From the human T2T-CHM13v2.0 reference genome, Homo sapiens, in NCBI RefSeq assembly GCF_009914755.1, contig NC_060930.1: a DNA stretch of 64,000 nt; one strand, given 5' to 3'. The position numbers and the translations under genes are program-made. The notes beneath the pieces were generated by a model. It was not told where the DNA came from and made no database searches. It worked only from the letters and a program-made list of their open reading frames with translations. How positions within the stretch are numbered: position 1 is the stretch's first letter; every line of letters begins with the position of its first letter. Shown here one piece after another: positions 58,797-64,000 of this stretch.

Positions 58797-58992
58797 TTAA
58801 TCCCAGCTACTCGGGAGGTGGGTGGATTGCTTGAACCTGGAAGGTCCACGCTGCAGTGATCCAAGATCATGCCACTGCATTCCAGCCTGGGTGGCAGATG
58901 GCAAACCCTGTAAAGAAAAAAAAAAAAAAAAGGAAAAGAAAGAAAGAAAAAAAAAGGAAAAGAAAGAAAGAAAAAAAAGAAAAGAAAAGAAG
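58797..58992 (+). mobile_element. Partial Alu right arm with A/G-rich tail
   Basis: TAATCCCAGCTACTCGGGAGG...CAGCCTGGGTG then (A/G)n. Confidence 0.8.
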
Positions 58993-59081
58993 GAACAAAC
59001 TGTGAAAAAAGAAACTAATTGAGATGATGGTAATCTAGGAAATCTGGCTAAGGTTCAGCTTAGTATTTTAGGATAAAAGGG

Positions 59082-60667
59082 TGGTGATGCTGGCAGTGGT
59101 GAGCTGTCCAGAGTGGCCGACTGCAGTGGGAAGTTGCAAGCAGTGGTGGCAGGAACGACTGCGGGAGCAATGGCCATGGTGGAACCCCTGTGCCCCATGT
59201 CCCCTGTGCCTCACGCCCCTGAGGCAGCTGACTGTGCTGCCCCAACCCTTGAGCAGCTGGCGGGACCGCCCCCAGGCCAGGAGCCTCCCACTCCTGCTTT
59301 GCTGCTCTCACCCTGCAGCTGTGGGGAGGGCATGGAGCTGGGGCCAGGCTTGTTGGGCCTGGTTTGGGAAGTGGGAGTGGCCTCGCTATGGGGACCCAGC
59401 CAGCGGCATGGTCACTGTCCCACCCTGCTGAGGAAGCCCAGTTCCTGAGCCTCAGGAGGAGGTTCTGCCTGAGGTGGCCCAGAGCGGTGTCCCCGGGGTG
59501 GCCACCAAGCTTGATTTTCCCGACGGCCAGGCTTGGGTGTGATCTGCTCCACCACCCCATCCAGGCAAGGGGGAACCCCGGGCACCTCTGAGTGCTAGGG
59601 GATGAACTTGCAGACACATCATCCTTGCCCCAGATGCTGGCATGGGCACAGGTGAGGGGAGCTGCCCACCCCAGGCTGTAAGAAGGTGTGACAGGGGCTA
59701 CCTGCAGACTCCAAGGATTGAGTAGGAATCCTGCCCTCCATGCAGCAAGATCCAGGCCTCTCTGCACTCCACGCTCTCAAGGACGTGAAGCACCCCCTGT
59801 CCCTGCAGGCTTGCAGGTGTCTGCTCCCACTGCCTTGCCTCTCACCTGGCCTCTCCAAGCTCCCGGATGCCTGCTCTGATCTCAGAGTGGAGTTGGGGCC
59901 AAGCCCCAGTGCTGTTACAGCCTAGCCGGGTGTGTGCATGCTCAGGGCAAAGTTGACACACCAGCCTCCTGCCACCTCAGCCACGGGGAAGCCGAGGGAA
60001 GATGGGCTGAGGGCAACTGGTGCTGGCCTACAGGCCCCTTGCCATGAGCAGCCTAGGTGCCATGGATGGTGCTGGGAGGCAGACAGTCTCCTGGGCAGAA
60101 GGGGGCAAGTCCCCAGTGAAGCCCCTCCTTCTGGCCAGGGAGGGTCTGAAGGCTGTGGGCTGGGCTGCCAGTCCTGCTGACACGAGTGGGAACTTGTGCC
60201 TTTTCTGGGCCTGCCCCATGGCCATCCATGGTGCCCACTTTCTCCCCTCTGAGGCCTGTAAAAGCCCTGGGCTCAGGCGAGTTGAACAGAGGATGGAGAG
60301 AGCAGAGAGAGAGGCCAGGAGCATAAGGGATGAGTTGCTGAGGAGAGGGGTTACCCTCTCCAGGGTCTCCTCTCAGCTGCAGAGTGAAGCTGCCCTCACC
60401 AGGGTCTCCTCTCTGCTGAGAACTGAGGAGAGGACAGGACAATCAGCTGCAGAGAGGAGCCACCCTCTCTGTTGATAGCTGAACAGATGTCGGGGCAACC
60501 TGGCAGTGGAGAGGAGCTGCCCACTGTGGCTCTCTGAGCTGTTCTATTGCTTAATAAAGCTCCTCTTTGTCCTGCTAACCCTCTACTTGTCTGCGTACCT
60601 CATTCTTCCTGGACGCAGGACAGGAACCTGGGATCTGCCTAATGATGAGGCTAAAAAAGCTGTAACA
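59082..60667 (+). mobile_element. GC-rich ERV1 LTR, MER52-like
   Basis: Ends AATAAAGCTCCTC...CATTCTTCCTGGACGCAGGAC...AAAAAAGCTGTAACA. Confidence 0.65.
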
Positions 60668-61022
60668 CAAACAGGTTGTAGATGAGCAATAGAGAATGTA
60701 GTCAAATGCAGACAAACATGGAATGAAAAAGCAAAAATAAATCCATATCATTCCATGTAACAAGACCATTTTTTAAAAGTAGTTTTAAGTGGACAGAAAA
60801 ATTGCAGAGAAAGTTCATGGAGCCCTTCTTCCCTAAAGCAGCCCTCTGCTTAATTTCTCCTATTCTTAACATCCTGCATCGGTGTGGTATACTTGTTACC
60901 ACTGATGAAGCAATACTGATACTTGTTGTTAACTGAGATCCATAGTGAAATTAGGGATCATTCTTATTATACAGTTCTATGGGTTCTGATAAATATATTA
61001 CGTCATATATCCACCATTTAGT

Positions 61023-61511
61023 GGAACTGACCCAAGAGTCCCATAGGCAGTTTTTTTTTTTTTAAATAAACATAGAAATGGACACTTCTGGTCTTAAAGC
61101 TTGAAACTTACATTTGTTTTATTTGAGTTCCTTTCCAAAAAAATATTCTCCCAGGCCTCTCAAAAAGTATCAAAGAACTGGAACTCACCAGATCGTCTCA
61201 TCTAGTCAATGAGACTCCAGGTTCCCCATTCATTATGATTGCTCCCTTACCCCTCCCTAGTTCCTGTTTTCTCATACATAGGTAAATTTTTCCCTGCTAG
61301 ATAAACTCCCAATTTTAGTCAGTCACAGAGATGGATTTGACACTGGTCTCCCATCTCCTCAGCTGCACCACCTGATTAAAGATTAAAGCCTTCTTCTTTG
61401 GCAACACTCATTGTCATCTCAGTGATTGGCTTTCTGTGTGGTGAGCAGCAAGACCCAGACTGAAGCCCTTGTGTGCAAGACTTAGACTGAACCTCTGGTG
61501 TTTCAGTGACA
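61023..61511 (+). mobile_element. ERV1 (MER4-group) solo LTR, family uncertain, inside old L1M-like sequence
   Basis: TGGAACTGACCCAAGAGTCCCATAG...ATTAAAGCCTTCTTC...TTTCAGTGACA. Confidence 0.55.
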
Positions 61512-62469
61512 AAATTATCCTATGAAGTAGTTTCGCTCACCTAAAATTGTCCCAGGCTCCACCTACTCATGCACTCCTCTTCCTCCTGAATCCCTGGAAA
61601 CCACTATTTACTGTCACTGTATTTATGCCTTTTCCAGAATGTTATATAGTTGTAATCATATGGTGTATAGTTTTTTCAGACTGGCTTCTTCACATAACAA
61701 TATGCATATAGGTTTTCTCCATGTCTTTTCCTAGCTTGATAGCTTATTCCTCTTTAATGTTGAATAACAACCCATGGTATGGATCTACCACAATTTATCC
61801 ACTCACTTACTGGAGGACATCTTGGTTGCTTTGAATTTTTGGCAATTATAAATAAAGCTGCTATAAACATTGGTGTACACTTTTTTGTGTGGACAGAAGT
61901 TTTCCACTTATTTGGGCAAATATTTAGGATTGCAATTGCTGAATCTTGTGGTAGAGTATGTTTGGCTTTGGAAGAAACAGCCAAAGTGTCTTCCAGACAA
62001 GCCAGGGGAACAGGGTCTGGAGGCAGGGAAACTAAGGCCGTTTCATGTTGACATCCGAATGGAACTAAACTGAAAGGAAAACTCAAACTTCCTATGCCTA
62101 AGTAGCAGAAGGATCAAAGACTACTCCCTTTGTAACCCGCCCCCCATTTTCTGCGTGGTAAATGTGAAATTCAAAGTACCTCTGATTGGTTGTTTTTTGC
62201 AACCAGTCAGATATTTGCATAGGAGTGTAGCTTTGTAACTTCATTTCGGTCTCTGATTGGTTGCGGAATTGTTTTCCTCAAAATTTCTACAGCCTAGCGA
62301 TAAAAATCCTAGAAAAGCAAAATAAGCACAAACCAAGGTGGCATAACCTTGTAAGACTTAATGAATAAATAACGAGTTTCTTTACCCATGGTTTAGAGAA
62401 AGCAGACTCTTGAGAATGTTGCAAATAGAATAAGTGTTTGCTAACATATCTATAATTTTAATATAAAAT

Positions 62470-63900
62470 AAATAGGTGAACAATAGAGAACACAATTGTG
62501 GGGAAAAGAAAGAGAGATCAGATTGTTACTGTGTCTGTGTAGAAAGAAGTAGACATAAGAGACTCCATATTGTTCCGTACTAAGAAAAATTCTTCTGCCT
62601 TGAGATGCTGTTAATCTGTAACCCTACCCCCAACCCTGTGCTCCCTAAGACATGTGCTGTGTCAACTCAGGGTTAAATGGATTAAGGGCTGTGCAGGGTG
62701 TGCCTTGTTAAACAAATGCTTGAAGGCAGCATGCTTGTTGAGAGTCATCACCACTCCCTAATCTCAAGTACCCAGAGACACAAAACACTTCAGAAGGCCG
62801 CAGGGACCTCTGCCTAGGAAAGCCAGATATTGTCCAAGGTTTCTCCCCATGTGATAGTCTGAAATATGGCCTCGTGGGAAGGGAAAGACCTGACCGTCCC
62901 CCAGCCTGACACCCGTAAAGGGTCTGTGCTGAGGAGGATTAGTGAAAGAGGAAGGAACTCCTCTTTGCAGTTGAGATAAGAGGAAGGCATCTGTCTCCTG
63001 CTCGTCCCTGGGCAATGGAATGTCTCAGTGTAAAGCCCGATTGTATATTCCGTCTGCTGAGATGGGGGAAAACCGCCATAGGGCTGGAGGTGGGACATGC
63101 TGGCAGCAATACTGCTCTTTAAGGCATTGAGATGTTTATGTATATGCACATCAAAAGCACAACACTTTTTTCTTTACCTTGTTTATGATGCAGAGACATT
63201 TGTTCATGTGTTTACCTGCTGATCTTCTCTCCACTATTATCCTATTGTCCTGCCATATCCCCCTCTCCGGGAAACGCCCGATAATGATCAATAAATACTA
63301 AGGGAACTCAGAGGCCCGTGCCGGCGTGGGTCCTCCGTATGCTGAACGCCGGTCCCCTGGGCCCATTTTTCTTTCTCTATACTTTGTCTCTGTGTCTCTT
63401 TCTTTTCCAAGTCTCTCGTTCTACCCGATGAGGAACGCCCACAGGTGTGGAGGGGCAACCCATCCCTTCATACACTCAAACTCAGACAAGTATGGAATGA
63501 AAAGCAAAAGTAAGTCCATATCCTCCCATGTAACAAGACCATTTTTAAAGCAGTTTCAAGTGTACAAAAAACTTTCAAGAAAGTTTAGGGAGTTCCCACA
63601 TACCTCCTTCCCTAAAACAGCCCTCTGTTCAGTTTCTTCTATTATTAACATCCTGCATTAGTGTGGCACACTAGTATTAATGAACCAATACTGATACTTA
63701 TTGTTAACTAAGGTTCATAGTTATATTAGAGTTCACTCTATTACACAGTTCTATGGGTTCTGATAAATACATAATGTCATGTGTTTACCATTAAAGTGAA
63801 ACCAATGCAATAGTCCCATAGATAATTATTTGGATAAACATAGAAATTATTGTATGGTAAGTGTGTGTTTAGCTTTGTAAGAAACAGCGAGTGTCTTCCA
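62470..63900. repeat. Block D: diverged direct duplicate of ~60675-61995
   Basis: caatagagaa...cagacaa...atggaatgaaaa...taacaagaccattttt...cagttctatgggttctgataaata occurs at both ~60687-61030 and ~62481/63475-63800. Confidence 0.75.
62497..63470 (+). mobile_element. LTR5 (HERV-K HML-2) solo LTR, LTR5A/B type
   Basis: TGTGGGGAAAAGAAAGAGAGATCAGATTGTTACTG...GGGGCAACCCATCCCTTCA; ~974 bp. Confidence 0.92.
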
Positions 63901-64000
63901 AAGTGGCTATACTGTTTTGCATTCCCAACAGCAATGAATCAGAGTCCCCATTGTTCTATATCCTTGCCAACATTTGGTTTTGTGAGAGTTTTGGATTTTG

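Overview
Human MHC class II DR subregion (6p21.32), DR52-type haplotype. It holds one complete, intact minus-strand gene, HLA-DRB3 (6 exons, 801-nt CDS, exon 2 reads like DRB3*02:02). The HLA-DRB9 exon-2 pseudogene fragment lies at ~10.8-11.05 kb, and a disabled DRB exon 1 with an intact S-X-Y promoter module at ~24.4-24.7 kb. The interval between them is a mosaic of at least three partial DRB paralog remnants whose junctions fall on L1, Alu or ERV sequence. It also carries a 3'-truncated HML-6 (HERV-K3)-like provirus, a full THE1 element, MER11, LTR12 (x2), LTR5, MER52-like LTRs, L1s and ~18 Alus. I found no novel protein-coding system. The most notable points are the apparent chimeric origin of the 'DRB9' exon1+exon2 unit, the preserved orphan SXY module, a DRB6-like promoter-less ERV-bearing remnant, compensatory frameshifts in DRB9 exon 2, and a duplicated exon-3 end inside DRB3 intron 2. 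Repeat subfamily names come from recalled consensus sequences and were not checked by a search.
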